A program made the position numbers and the translations under genes. Below, piece by piece: positions 19,615 through 27,991 of a stretch of 64,000 nt of DNA. Positions within the stretch are counted from its first letter, which is position 1. The number at the start of each line of letters is the position of its first letter. Origin of the DNA: Patescibacteria group bacterium. Lineage in GTDB: Bacteria; Patescibacteriota; Microgenomatia; Levybacterales; UBA12049. The DNA is taken from positions 8,659 to 72,658 of the forward strand of contig JAMDAA010000015.1 in assembly GCA_023484045.1 (NCBI GenBank), in the 5' to 3' direction. A model generated the notes under the pieces. It was not told where the DNA came from. It did not search any database and saw nothing but the letters and a program-made list of their open reading frames with translations.

Positions 19615-19686
19615 CTCCGCAGCTAGGATTCGAACCTAGAACCTTGAAATTAACAGTTTCCTGCTCTACCGTTGAGCTACTGCGGA
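19615..19686 (-). tRNA. tRNA-Asn(GTT), CCA not encoded
   Basis: TCCGCAG-TA-GCTC AACGGTA GAGC-A-GGAAA CTGTTAA TTTCA-AGGTT-CTAGG TTCGAAT CCTAG-CTGCGGA-G cloverleaf; TGnTAGAAT promoter at about 19724-32. Confidence 0.95.
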
Positions 19687-19860
19687 GCCCTGCTGCCTAA
19701 ATTAATTTTCAAGAACTTTTGCTATTCTAGCATCAAATTAAACAAAAATCTAGCCTCAAAAACAAGCCAGAATGGCTATACAAGCTTGACTAACTAAGCC
19801 AAAATTTGGTATATTACAAACCTATATTTAGCCCTGCGAGACGCAGGGTTTTAAAGTTTT

Positions 19861-20580
19861 ATGGAAGAAGCAATAATCGGTTTAATAACCTTAATTTCGG
19901 TGATCATTACTCCGGTCCCCGAACAGCCAATATTGTATTTACAGCCGCAACAAAACGTCTTGGTGGATGTTCTAGCAGAGCATTCGATGGATTTGAGAAA
20001 TCGTATAGAAGACAAGTACGAAAACGAGGTTTTTTCTGACAACATAATACTCGCGCTCCATTATTTTAAAGGAGATGCAAATAATTTTAAAATCGACAAG
20101 AGTAAAACAGGTCCCCAAAACATCGAATGGGAAAAGATAAGAGAGCCGTTTAGTTTTTCGTTTGAGCTGAAGCCCGACGAGGTTTTTGCTTTCCATAGAA
20201 ATATCTCGAGAGATTATTTAAATTCCAATATCAAGACCGTTGGTTCGAGATATAATTTTGAAGACGGTTATAAAGCCGTCGCTGGCTTGAGTGGAAACGG
20301 CGTGTGTCATCTTGCGTCTTTTATAAACTGGACAGCGCAGGATGTGCCATTAATCGATGGAAAAAAACTTAAAGTAACTGCAAAAGTAAGTCATGATTTT
20401 GCAGAGATTCCCGGTGTTCCACAAGAATTTGGAACTTCGATTTTTTATTCTCCATTTGGCGCTGGAAATTCACAAAATCAAAATCTTTATATTAAAAATA
20501 CTTTTCCAAAACCATTAAAATTCACGTTTTCAGTAAAAAAAGAAAAAGTCGATCTTAAAATCCTCGAGGAAAAAAGTTAA
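19861..20580 (+). CDS. VanW-like protein
   Basis: L.PDEVFAFH, GNGVCHLAS, H.F, NLYIKNT motifs. Confidence 0.7.
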   Translation: MEEAIIGLITLISVIITPVPEQPILYLQPQQNVLVDVLAEHSMDLRNRIEDKYENEVFSDNIILALHYFKGDANNFKIDKSKTGPQNIEWEKIREPFSFSFELKPDEVFAFHRNISRDYLNSNIKTVGSRYNFEDGYKAVAGLSGNGVCHLASFINWTAQDVPLIDGKKLKVTAKVSHDFAEIPGVPQEFGTSIFYSPFGAGNSQNQNLYIKNTFPKPLKFTFSVKKEKVDLKILEEKS

Positions 20581-20632
20581 AGTTTGTGATCTTTATTACT
20601 GATTATGTTTTATGTATAATTAATATAGAATC

Positions 20633-21070
20633 ATGAAACTTTTAACGTTAATCGATAAACTTTTGCCTTCCCAAACTGTTTTTGCCCACTGTGATGTTCC
20701 GTGCGGAATTTATGACCCTAAGCCCGCGCAGATAGCCGCAGCGACAGTTTTAAAAATGGTCCAAAAAATAAACGAATTGCCAAAAGATGATTCGCTTCAA
20801 ACTCAAAACTCGCTAATCAGAATGGTTTGGACAAAAGAAGAACACGCGAGGATTTGTAAAGAAGAATTACTGATTTTATGGACCGATTATTTTAAACCCG
20901 AGCATCTGGAAATGTTTCCTAATCTCCACGATATATTTTGGAAAGCCGCAAAACTTTGCTCTAAAAATAAACAGGAGGTAAATTTAGAATCGGCAGAAAA
21001 TTTGGTAAAAGCGGTAAACGAAATCGCAGATATGTTTATTAAATCAAAATCTCTCCCTCAAAAAAAATAA
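20633..21070 (+). CDS. sodN: Nickel superoxide dismutase precursor
   Basis: Leader followed by Ni-hook HCDVPCGIYDP; KEEHA and LWTDYFK. Confidence 0.95.
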   Translation: MKLLTLIDKLLPSQTVFAHCDVPCGIYDPKPAQIAAATVLKMVQKINELPKDDSLQTQNSLIRMVWTKEEHARICKEELLILWTDYFKPEHLEMFPNLHDIFWKAAKLCSKNKQEVNLESAENLVKAVNEIADMFIKSKSLPQKK

Positions 21071-21400
21071 ATGGTCAAAATTTTGCGATCGATATTTTTT
21101 AAACTTCCGATACTCAAATTTGAAGCAGAAGGTCGTAGTATGATTCCTCTAATAAAAAACGGGCAGACAGTTTTGATTAGTAAATTTTCATATATTTTTA
21201 AAAATCCCAAAATTGGAGATGTCGTTGTGTTAAGAAATCCTGAGAAAAAGTTAAAAGACAAAAAGTATATAATAAAAAAGATTAATAAAATCTACGGAGG
21301 AAAATATTTTGTGGTCGGAATGAATTTAAAAGAAAGTACAGACAGCCGGAGTTTTGGATTAGTCGCAAAAAAAGAAATTATCGGGAAAGTATTATTGTGA
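21071..21400 (+). CDS. sodX: NiSOD maturation protease (S26 family)
   Basis: G.SM.P, GDVVV, STDSR.FG; directly follows sodN. Confidence 0.85.
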   Translation: MVKILRSIFFKLPILKFEAEGRSMIPLIKNGQTVLISKFSYIFKNPKIGDVVVLRNPEKKLKDKKYIIKKINKIYGGKYFVVGMNLKESTDSRSFGLVAKKEIIGKVLL

Positions 21401-21936
21401 TGGGCGCGATTATTTTTAATTCATTTTTATTTTTTATACTCATTTTTCTTCTTATTATTCTATCGATGGTTTGGCCTCCCGACAGTCCATGGAGTCCCTG
21501 GTGGAGGACTTCGAAAAACAAAGCGAGGGCAATGTGTAAACTCGCAAAAATCAGTAAAAAGGACATAGTCTATGATTTAGGGTGCGGGGAGGCAACGGCA
21601 TTAATAGTCGCGACAAAAGAATTCGGCGCAAATGGAGTAGGGATCGAAATCGATCCATTACGTTTTTTCATTTCAAAAATTAATGTTCTGGTAAACAGAG
21701 TTTCAACTAGAGTAAAAATTATCAAAGACAATTTTTTTAATCAGGACATATCAAAAGCGACAATAATATTTGTTTATCTTGTCCCAAAAGCATTAAAAAG
21801 ATTAAAACCGAAATTTTTAAAAGAATTAAAACCCGGGACAAAAATAGTAAGTTATAAATACGAAGTTGATTTACCTCTCGCATTGTACGATAAGGTTCAT
21901 GAGATCAGAGTTTACAAAATTCCTAATAACACTTAA
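21397..21936 (+). CDS. Class I SAM-dependent methyltransferase with N-terminal TM
   Basis: YDLGCG, GIEIDP, F.YL, LKPGT.IVS. Confidence 0.8.
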   Translation: MMGAIIFNSFLFFILIFLLIILSMVWPPDSPWSPWWRTSKNKARAMCKLAKISKKDIVYDLGCGEATALIVATKEFGANGVGIEIDPLRFFISKINVLVNRVSTRVKIIKDNFFNQDISKATIIFVYLVPKALKRLKPKFLKELKPGTKIVSYKYEVDLPLALYDKVHEIRVYKIPNNT

Positions 21937-23293
21937 AAAGATTAATTCGATTTGTAACTCCTTCTGCTTTTACGGGAAAACTCTCCAATAACTTACAAGA
22001 TTTTAAAACCAAGTCTTTGTTAAAGATTTCGTCGATAACCTTTTCCTCAATACTTATTTGAGGATAAGATACTCCGTGAGAAATAATAATCGTCTTTTTT
22101 TGAACCGCTTTTTTTGTCAAAAATTCTTTGTCTAAAATTTTTTTGGTAAAAAAATATTCATGGGCATCTGTAACGCCTTGAAGAGGGGGGATTTTAGTAA
22201 CGTACAAAAGCGCAGGCGTTATATCATTGACACCGTATAAATAGTCGGGATTTTCCTTTCGAATCAATTGCACGATTTTTTCAAAATTTTCGACTTTTTG
22301 TAGATTTCTGTAACCGGAGAAATAAACAGAAATATTTATAAGAATAAAAATAGACACAATAAAAAGAATAATCGGTCTTTTAAAATTAAGCTTTTTTGTT
22401 AAAAAATTATAAAATTCGTAAAAAGAAAGACAAAGAAAAGGGACTAAAAAATTAAGATATAAATAATACACGTCCTGAAAACCGAAGAAAAAAATAATGG
22501 AAGAAATTGAGACTAACGCAAAAAAAGTACTTTTTCTAATATCCAGAAGATTAAATATCAATATCATAAAAAGTAGAAAATCCTTACTTATAAAAAACCA
22601 CGCAACCTCGTTTTTCATAATTCCGGAAGGTCGGGAAAGTGAAAATCCAAAAATATCTCCAAAAAATTCCTTCGGTGCAAAGATTAAAAATGGGAGAACG
22701 ACGATAAAACCAGTTACTATAAAAGCGATGGAAAAGTTAAATATTTTTTTGTAATTTTTCTGTAAAATTAGGTAAACGAAAAAAGAGAAAGCGATTGGAA
22801 TATAATATGCTTTGGTAAGAAATGATAAGGCCATAAATACTCCGGATAAAAAATATTTTTTCTCCTGAAGAAACAAAAAACCTAGCACTGCAAATAGTGA
22901 GGCGGTAAAAACTCCTGTTTGATGATCAGATGTAGACAGGACAATAAAAGAAAAAATGTAAAGCGCAGAGCTTGTTAATGAAAGAAGAATATCCTTTGTT
23001 TTTTTATAAGTTATAAAATAAATAAGAGTAGTTATAATCATTACTTCGATTGCGGATGTAATATAAAAAATTTCGATATTTTTATTAGTCAATAAATAAT
23101 ACAAAGAGGATATATAAGAGAAAAAGGGAAAATTTGAAAAGAAAATATCTCTGTAAAGCAATTTTCCCTGGAATATTTGATAAACATCATTAAAATAAAT
23201 ATTTGTGTCGGAAAGACGAACGCCAATGTTTAAAACTTTTATAACGAAAAAAAATCCTAAAAAGCCGATAAGAGGAACGAGGCCTTTCTTCAT
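21923..23293 (-). CDS. GT-C fold membrane glycosyltransferase
   Basis: SD..IY...LLYRD.F...P first-loop motif, about 11 TM segments, FLTK. Confidence 0.65.
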   Translation of the reverse strand: MKKGLVPLIGFLGFFFVIKVLNIGVRLSDTNIYFNDVYQIFQGKLLYRDIFFSNFPFFSYISSLYYLLTNKNIEIFYITSAIEVMIITTLIYFITYKKTKDILLSLTSSALYIFSFIVLSTSDHQTGVFTASLFAVLGFLFLQEKKYFLSGVFMALSFLTKAYYIPIAFSFFVYLILQKNYKKIFNFSIAFIVTGFIVVLPFLIFAPKEFFGDIFGFSLSRPSGIMKNEVAWFFISKDFLLFMILIFNLLDIRKSTFFALVSISSIIFFFGFQDVYYLYLNFLVPFLCLSFYEFYNFLTKKLNFKRPIILFIVSIFILINISVYFSGYRNLQKVENFEKIVQLIRKENPDYLYGVNDITPALLYVTKIPPLQGVTDAHEYFFTKKILDKEFLTKKAVQKKTIIISHGVSYPQISIEEKVIDEIFNKDLVLKSCKLLESFPVKAEGVTNRINLFKCY

Positions 23294-24342
23294 TTTTTGA
23301 TTTTTAGAATTAACCAGCGAAGTTTATCTGCGATTTTATAAAATTGATAAGTAAAAGGTTTAATCACTAGGTCATAGCTTCCGACGAATTCGACGAGTCT
23401 TGGTCCGTATCCCTGTTTAAAACGGTGAAACCCAAACCATGGATCATTTGCGTCCGGGTTTGGTCCTAAAGATCCCCACATATCAAATTTTTTAAGTCCC
23501 ATTTTTTTACCAAATTTTATTACTTCCCACATCATTAAATTAGATGCCATAACTTCCCGGTTTTCACTCGACGACGCGCCGTATGGATAATATAAGGTAT
23601 CATGAAAAATAAAAACAATCCAGGCGGCGAGAATTTTTGAATTATATTTTGCCAAAAAAAGACGAGCAGTCAGTTTGTCTTCCGAAGGCTTGTCCTGAGT
23701 TTGTCGAAGAGTCTCCCACATTAACTTGTGATAATTTTCGTTATGGGCAAAAAATTTCTGCCTGCTTGTTGTTACTTTTGTGAGCCTTAGATATTCTTTA
23801 AACGCTTCTTCGGAATTATCTTCGATTATTTTGACATTATGTTTTTGAGCGACTCTAATGTTATAACGCGTTTTAGGATGCATATTTTTTAAAAGTTCAT
23901 CCTCTGATTTTGTTAAATCGAGCTGAAAAGTATATTTGGTAAATAAGGGATGAGCAGAAGGCCTAAGGCCTAAATTTACAATTTTTAATTTACTCGCCTC
24001 GCTTCGCGGGCGAAGCGGGCAATTTTTAATATTGTCGACGTTTGGCTCGAGTTGGATAAATATACAATTTTCCTCTTTCCCGATTCTTTTAAGTTCATCG
24101 AGAATTTCTTTATCCGGTAATTCTCCCTTTGGAAAATAGCCGATTGTCAGGTTTGTTTTTGGAGTCTTATGAACAGTCAGCTGGAAGCCCGATTTTAATT
24201 TATTTTTTTCATAAAATCCTTTTCTTATTACTTTAAGACCTGTTTTTTCCCGAAATTTTCCCCATTCAAAAGACTGAAGGGGATGGGTCACGATTTTATT
24301 AAATTCTTTTTTTTCTTTTTCGGTTATATTTATTATTTTCAT
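23290..24342 (-). CDS. FemABX/MurM-type lipid II aminoacyltransferase
   Basis: HPLQS.EWG, KTRYNIR.A, YYPYGAS, FDMWG, GF.RFK.G.G. Confidence 0.92.
   Translation of the reverse strand: MKIINITEKEKKEFNKIVTHPLQSFEWGKFREKTGLKVIRKGFYEKNKLKSGFQLTVHKTPKTNLTIGYFPKGELPDKEILDELKRIGKEENCIFIQLEPNVDNIKNCPLRPRSEASKLKIVNLGLRPSAHPLFTKYTFQLDLTKSEDELLKNMHPKTRYNIRVAQKHNVKIIEDNSEEAFKEYLRLTKVTTSRQKFFAHNENYHKLMWETLRQTQDKPSEDKLTARLFLAKYNSKILAAWIVFIFHDTLYYPYGASSSENREVMASNLMMWEVIKFGKKMGLKKFDMWGSLGPNPDANDPWFGFHRFKQGYGPRLVEFVGSYDLVIKPFTYQFYKIADKLRWLILKIKK
23683..23709 (-). repeat. CTTCGACAA(A/G)CTCAGGA element inside femX-like CDS
   Basis: Minus strand CTTCGACAAACTCAGGACAAGCCTTCG matches intergenic CTTCGACAAGCTCAGGA at 63381; encodes LRQTQDKPS. 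Confidence 0.7.
23972..24030 (-). repeat. Heptamer array with 27-bp palindromic insert inside femX-like CDS
   Basis: ATTAAAA ATTG[CCCGCTTCGCCCGCGAAGCGAGGCGAG]TAA ATTAAAA ATTGTAA ATTTA. Confidence 0.8.
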
Positions 24343-26192
24343 AAAAATTCCGGCGCGTCATCATTCCCCAAAATATGTAAATTTTGGGAAATTACATTTT
24401 TCGGTAACTCGAAAATAAAACGTGATACGGTATTTGAAGTTTTTTGTCCGAAAAACATTCTTTTACGGGCATACGTTAAAAATAACCTTTCTTTCGCGCG
24501 TGTCATTCCGACATAACATAATCTTCTTTCTTCTTCGAGTTCGTGTCGGTCGAACAAAGACCTACTGTGTGGGAAAAGTCCTTCTTCCATGCCAACCATA
24601 AAAACGATCGGGAATTCGAGTCCCTTAGCGGCGTGCAGGGTCATAAGCGTTATCGCGTTTTTTTGCTTAGAGCTAAATATTGTCGGATGATCGGGCATAT
24701 ATTCCTGTTCGATTAACGCGACGTTTTCTAAAAATTGGGTAAGATCTGAAAACTCGATCGCGACGGACCGCAGTTCTTTAATATTCTCAAGTCTTTGTCT
24801 GTCGTCTTCGTCGCTCTCGTCGTATAAAGAAAGATAGTCAGTATTTTTAATGACGGAATCCAGAATATCGATCGTTGACTTATCTTTCTGTTCAAAAGAA
24901 GACTGAAATTCGATAAATTTTTTAAACCTTCCTTTTCCGAGTTTTTCGAGTCGTTTGTGAGATATCGTGTCTTTCGGGTTTTCGATATTTTTAAGATACG
25001 CGAGAATATCTTTTATTTCTTTTCTTTCATAAAATCGTGTCCCGCCAATTAACGTATAAGGAATGCTGTGGTGCAGCAGTACTTCTTCTAAGATTCTCGA
25101 CTGCGCGTTTGTCCTATAAAGGACTGCGACGTCGGAATAATTATAATGTGAGTCTTTGCTGTCAAAATATTTGAGATTTAATACCTGATTTATTATAAAT
25201 TCGACTTCATCGTGTTCATTTTTTGCTTCATTAACAATTACTTCATCGCCGATTGGATTTTTTGTCCAAAGCGACAAAACCGGATGAGTTGTGTTATTTG
25301 AGATTACGGAAGATGCAGCATCTAATATTTTTTGTGTCGATCTGTAATTTTGCGAAAGTGAAAATGTTTCTGTATTTTTAAAATCTTCTTTGAATTTTGA
25401 TAAATTTCTAAAATCTGCGCCGCGCCAGCTGTAAATACTCTGGGAAAAATCGCCGACGACGCACACGTTTTTGTACTCGGAAGAAAGCATTTTTGTTAAA
25501 ACGTATTGTGCGTGATTTGTGTCCTGGTATTCATCGACTAAGACGTATTTAAAACGTTCTTGATATTTTTTTAAAACGTCCTGATTTTTCTTAAATAGTT
25601 TTATTGTTTTTAAAATTAAATCGTCAAAATCGAGGGCGTTATTTTCGTCGAGGGTTTGTTGATATAAATTATAAACTTTTGCCGCCACTTCTTGAAAAAG
25701 TCCCCGGGCAATTTCCTGATATCGCTTTTCGTCGATTAATTCATTTTTTGCCCCAGAAATCGTCGTCAGAATAGAATTGGGTTTATAATCTTTCACTGAA
25801 ATATCGAGAGCTTTGAAAGCTTGTTTCACGGCATCGATCTGGTCTTGCTCATCGTATATAACGTATTTTGGTGAGATATTAATATATTTCCCATCGATTC
25901 TTAATATCTTGGCGCAGAGGGAGTGGAATGTTGAAACCCACGGTTTTATTTTTTTACCCGAAAGATATTTTTGAATTCTCTCGTTCATCTCTTTTGCCGC
26001 TTTATTCGTAAATGTGATCATGATTATATTTACTGGATTTACTTTTTTTTCTAAAATCAGATGCATAACTTTATGAACAAGGACTTTCGTTTTTCCGCTT
26101 CCTGCGCCGGCCAGAATTATCATGGGTCCATCGGTATTTATTACGGCCTTTTGCTGTTCGGGGTTTAAATCCTTGAGAAAATCGTTTGTCAT
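24339..26192 (-). CDS. pcrA: ATP-dependent DNA helicase PcrA/UvrD
   Basis: AGAGSGKT, VDEYQDTN, VGD.SQSIY.WRGA, QNYRS, LH.AKGLEF, EERRL.YV..TRA. Confidence 0.96.
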   Translation of the reverse strand: MTNDFLKDLNPEQQKAVINTDGPMIILAGAGSGKTKVLVHKVMHLILEKKVNPVNIIMITFTNKAAKEMNERIQKYLSGKKIKPWVSTFHSLCAKILRIDGKYINISPKYVIYDEQDQIDAVKQAFKALDISVKDYKPNSILTTISGAKNELIDEKRYQEIARGLFQEVAAKVYNLYQQTLDENNALDFDDLILKTIKLFKKNQDVLKKYQERFKYVLVDEYQDTNHAQYVLTKMLSSEYKNVCVVGDFSQSIYSWRGADFRNLSKFKEDFKNTETFSLSQNYRSTQKILDAASSVISNNTTHPVLSLWTKNPIGDEVIVNEAKNEHDEVEFIINQVLNLKYFDSKDSHYNYSDVAVLYRTNAQSRILEEVLLHHSIPYTLIGGTRFYERKEIKDILAYLKNIENPKDTISHKRLEKLGKGRFKKFIEFQSSFEQKDKSTIDILDSVIKNTDYLSLYDESDEDDRQRLENIKELRSVAIEFSDLTQFLENVALIEQEYMPDHPTIFSSKQKNAITLMTLHAAKGLEFPIVFMVGMEEGLFPHSRSLFDRHELEEERRLCYVGMTRAKERLFLTYARKRMFFGQKTSNTVSRFIFELPKNVISQNLHILGNDDAPEFL

Positions 26193-26232
26193 ACCGTATA
26201 ATGATATCACCACGTCACACGTGGCTCAAGGC

Positions 26233-26904
26233 ATGAAAAAACTTTTCATAATTGCTAATTGGAAATCAAATAAAACAGAACATGAATCCATAAAATGGAT
26301 TCAAGAATTTCCAATTTCCTCCCGCTCAGCGGGACAATTTCCAAACAATAAAGAAATAATAATATGTCCTTCTTTTGTTTATCTCCCGCTTCTTAAATCA
26401 TATATCCTAGATCATAATTTACCGATAAAATTGGGGACACAGAATATTTCGAAATTTGACGAAGGTGCTTATACGGGCGAAATTAACGGAAAACAAATAA
26501 AAGACTTTGCCGATTACGTGATTATCGGTCATTCGGAAAGAAGACAAAATTTTTCCGAAAGTGAGGAGACGATTAATAAAAAAATCGAGCAGGCAAAAAA
26601 ATACAGACTAACGCCGATTCTCTGTGTCCAAAATCCAGATTTTAGAATTTCACAAAAGATAGAAATTATTGCTTACGAACCGGTTTTCGCAATCGGTACA
26701 AACTATCCGGACACGCCGGAAAATGCGAGTCTTGTCTCAGCTGAAATTAAGAAAAATAGTTTATCAAATCATGTTGTTTATGGAGGCAGCGTGACTTCGA
26801 AAAATGTAAAAGAATTTACCCAAAAATCTAATATCGACGGAGTTTTAGTCGGCAATGCAAGCTTAGATCCTCTCGAGTTTTTCGAAATCATAAAAAATGC
26901 GTAA
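26233..26904 (+). CDS. tpiA: Triosephosphate isomerase (short form)
   Basis: ANWK, GAYTGE, IGHSERR, AYEPVFAIGT, YGGSV, GVLVG.ASL. Confidence 0.95.
   Translation: MKKLFIIANWKSNKTEHESIKWIQEFPISSRSAGQFPNNKEIIICPSFVYLPLLKSYILDHNLPIKLGTQNISKFDEGAYTGEINGKQIKDFADYVIIGHSERRQNFSESEETINKKIEQAKKYRLTPILCVQNPDFRISQKIEIIAYEPVFAIGTNYPDTPENASLVSAEIKKNSLSNHVVYGGSVTSKNVKEFTQKSNIDGVLVGNASLDPLEFFEIIKNA
26306..26344 (+). repeat. AATTTCC heptamers with TCCCGC-TCA-GCGGGA hairpin inside tpiA
   Basis: AATTTCC AATTTCC TCCCGCTCAGCGGGAC AATTTCC. Confidence 0.7.
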
Positions 26905-27991
26905 AAAGAAAGTCCTGATTATCGTTTTAGTCATTACATTATTTGTGCTTATAAAAGCGGGTTTGAGCTTGAGTAAGTATACGCCGGTTTTATTTCAATT
27001 AATTTTTAACCGCGACATTACACTTAAAAAATCAGATCATAATATTAATTTACTGCTTTTGGGGATCGGAGGAGGAAAACACGAAGGGCCGAATTTAACA
27101 GACACGATAATTTTTGCGAGTCTCGACCCCGAAAAAAAAACCGTTTCTCTTGTTTCGATTCCGCGGGATCTTTGGGTTTCGGATATCGACGGGAAAATTA
27201 ACACTGCTTATTCGATCGGAGAAAGTAAAAAAACAGGCGGTGGAATTTTGCTAACCCGTGCGCTTGTTTCTAAAATCCTTGGTCAACCGATCGATTACAC
27301 GATTAGAGTCGACTTTGATGGTTTTGTAAAAGCAGTTGATTCAGTTGGAGGATTAGATATCGATGTCGAAAACACATTCGACGATTACGAGTATCCGATC
27401 GAAGGCAAGGAAAATGATGCCTGTGGACACACAGAAGAAGAGATACAGGTGCTTGCGACGAGTTCTTCGATGGTTGACGCTTTTCCCTGCAGGTATATAC
27501 ATGTTCATTTTGACAAGGGCCTACGGCATATGGACGGAGATACTGTTTTGAAATTTGTCAGATCAAGACACGCAAAGGGGGAGGAAGGAACGGATTTTGC
27601 AAGAAATAAGAGACAGGAAAAGGTTATTGCTGCATTTAAAAATAAGCTTTTTTCAACAGATGTAATTTTAAATCCGGTAAAAGTCGTAAGTCTTTATTCT
27701 GCGATCAGCGATAATGTTGATACAGATATAGAGCAGACAGAATTTGATGATTTTGTGAGACTCGCGCAAAAGATGAAAGACGCAAAAATCCAAAGTATTG
27801 TTTTAGATACCGATAACGAAAAAAATCAGGGAAGCGGATTATTGATAAATCCGCCGATAGGAGAAGAGTATAACAATCAGTGGGTTTTAATTCCAAAACT
27901 CGGCAATAATGATTTTTCCGGAATTAAAAATTATGTCGCGTGCGAGATAAAAGCGGAAAATTGCCCGAGCATTAATTCAAAGAAGAATTGA
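26897..27991 (+). CDS. LytR-CpsA-Psr (LCP) family glycopolymer transferase
   Basis: LLLG, TDTI, SIPRDL, KIN.AY, VD.VGG, RSRH, DF.R..RQ. Confidence 0.93.
   Translation: MRKKKVLIIVLVITLFVLIKAGLSLSKYTPVLFQLIFNRDITLKKSDHNINLLLLGIGGGKHEGPNLTDTIIFASLDPEKKTVSLVSIPRDLWVSDIDGKINTAYSIGESKKTGGGILLTRALVSKILGQPIDYTIRVDFDGFVKAVDSVGGLDIDVENTFDDYEYPIEGKENDACGHTEEEIQVLATSSSMVDAFPCRYIHVHFDKGLRHMDGDTVLKFVRSRHAKGEEGTDFARNKRQEKVIAAFKNKLFSTDVILNPVKVVSLYSAISDNVDTDIEQTEFDDFVRLAQKMKDAKIQSIVLDTDNEKNQGSGLLINPPIGEEYNNQWVLIPKLGNNDFSGIKNYVACEIKAENCPSINSKKN

Noticed and set aside
26627-26654. Possible third phase-7 tract in tpiA (TCCAAAA TCCAGAT TTTAGAA)
   Set aside because: Too degenerate to distinguish from chance by eye.
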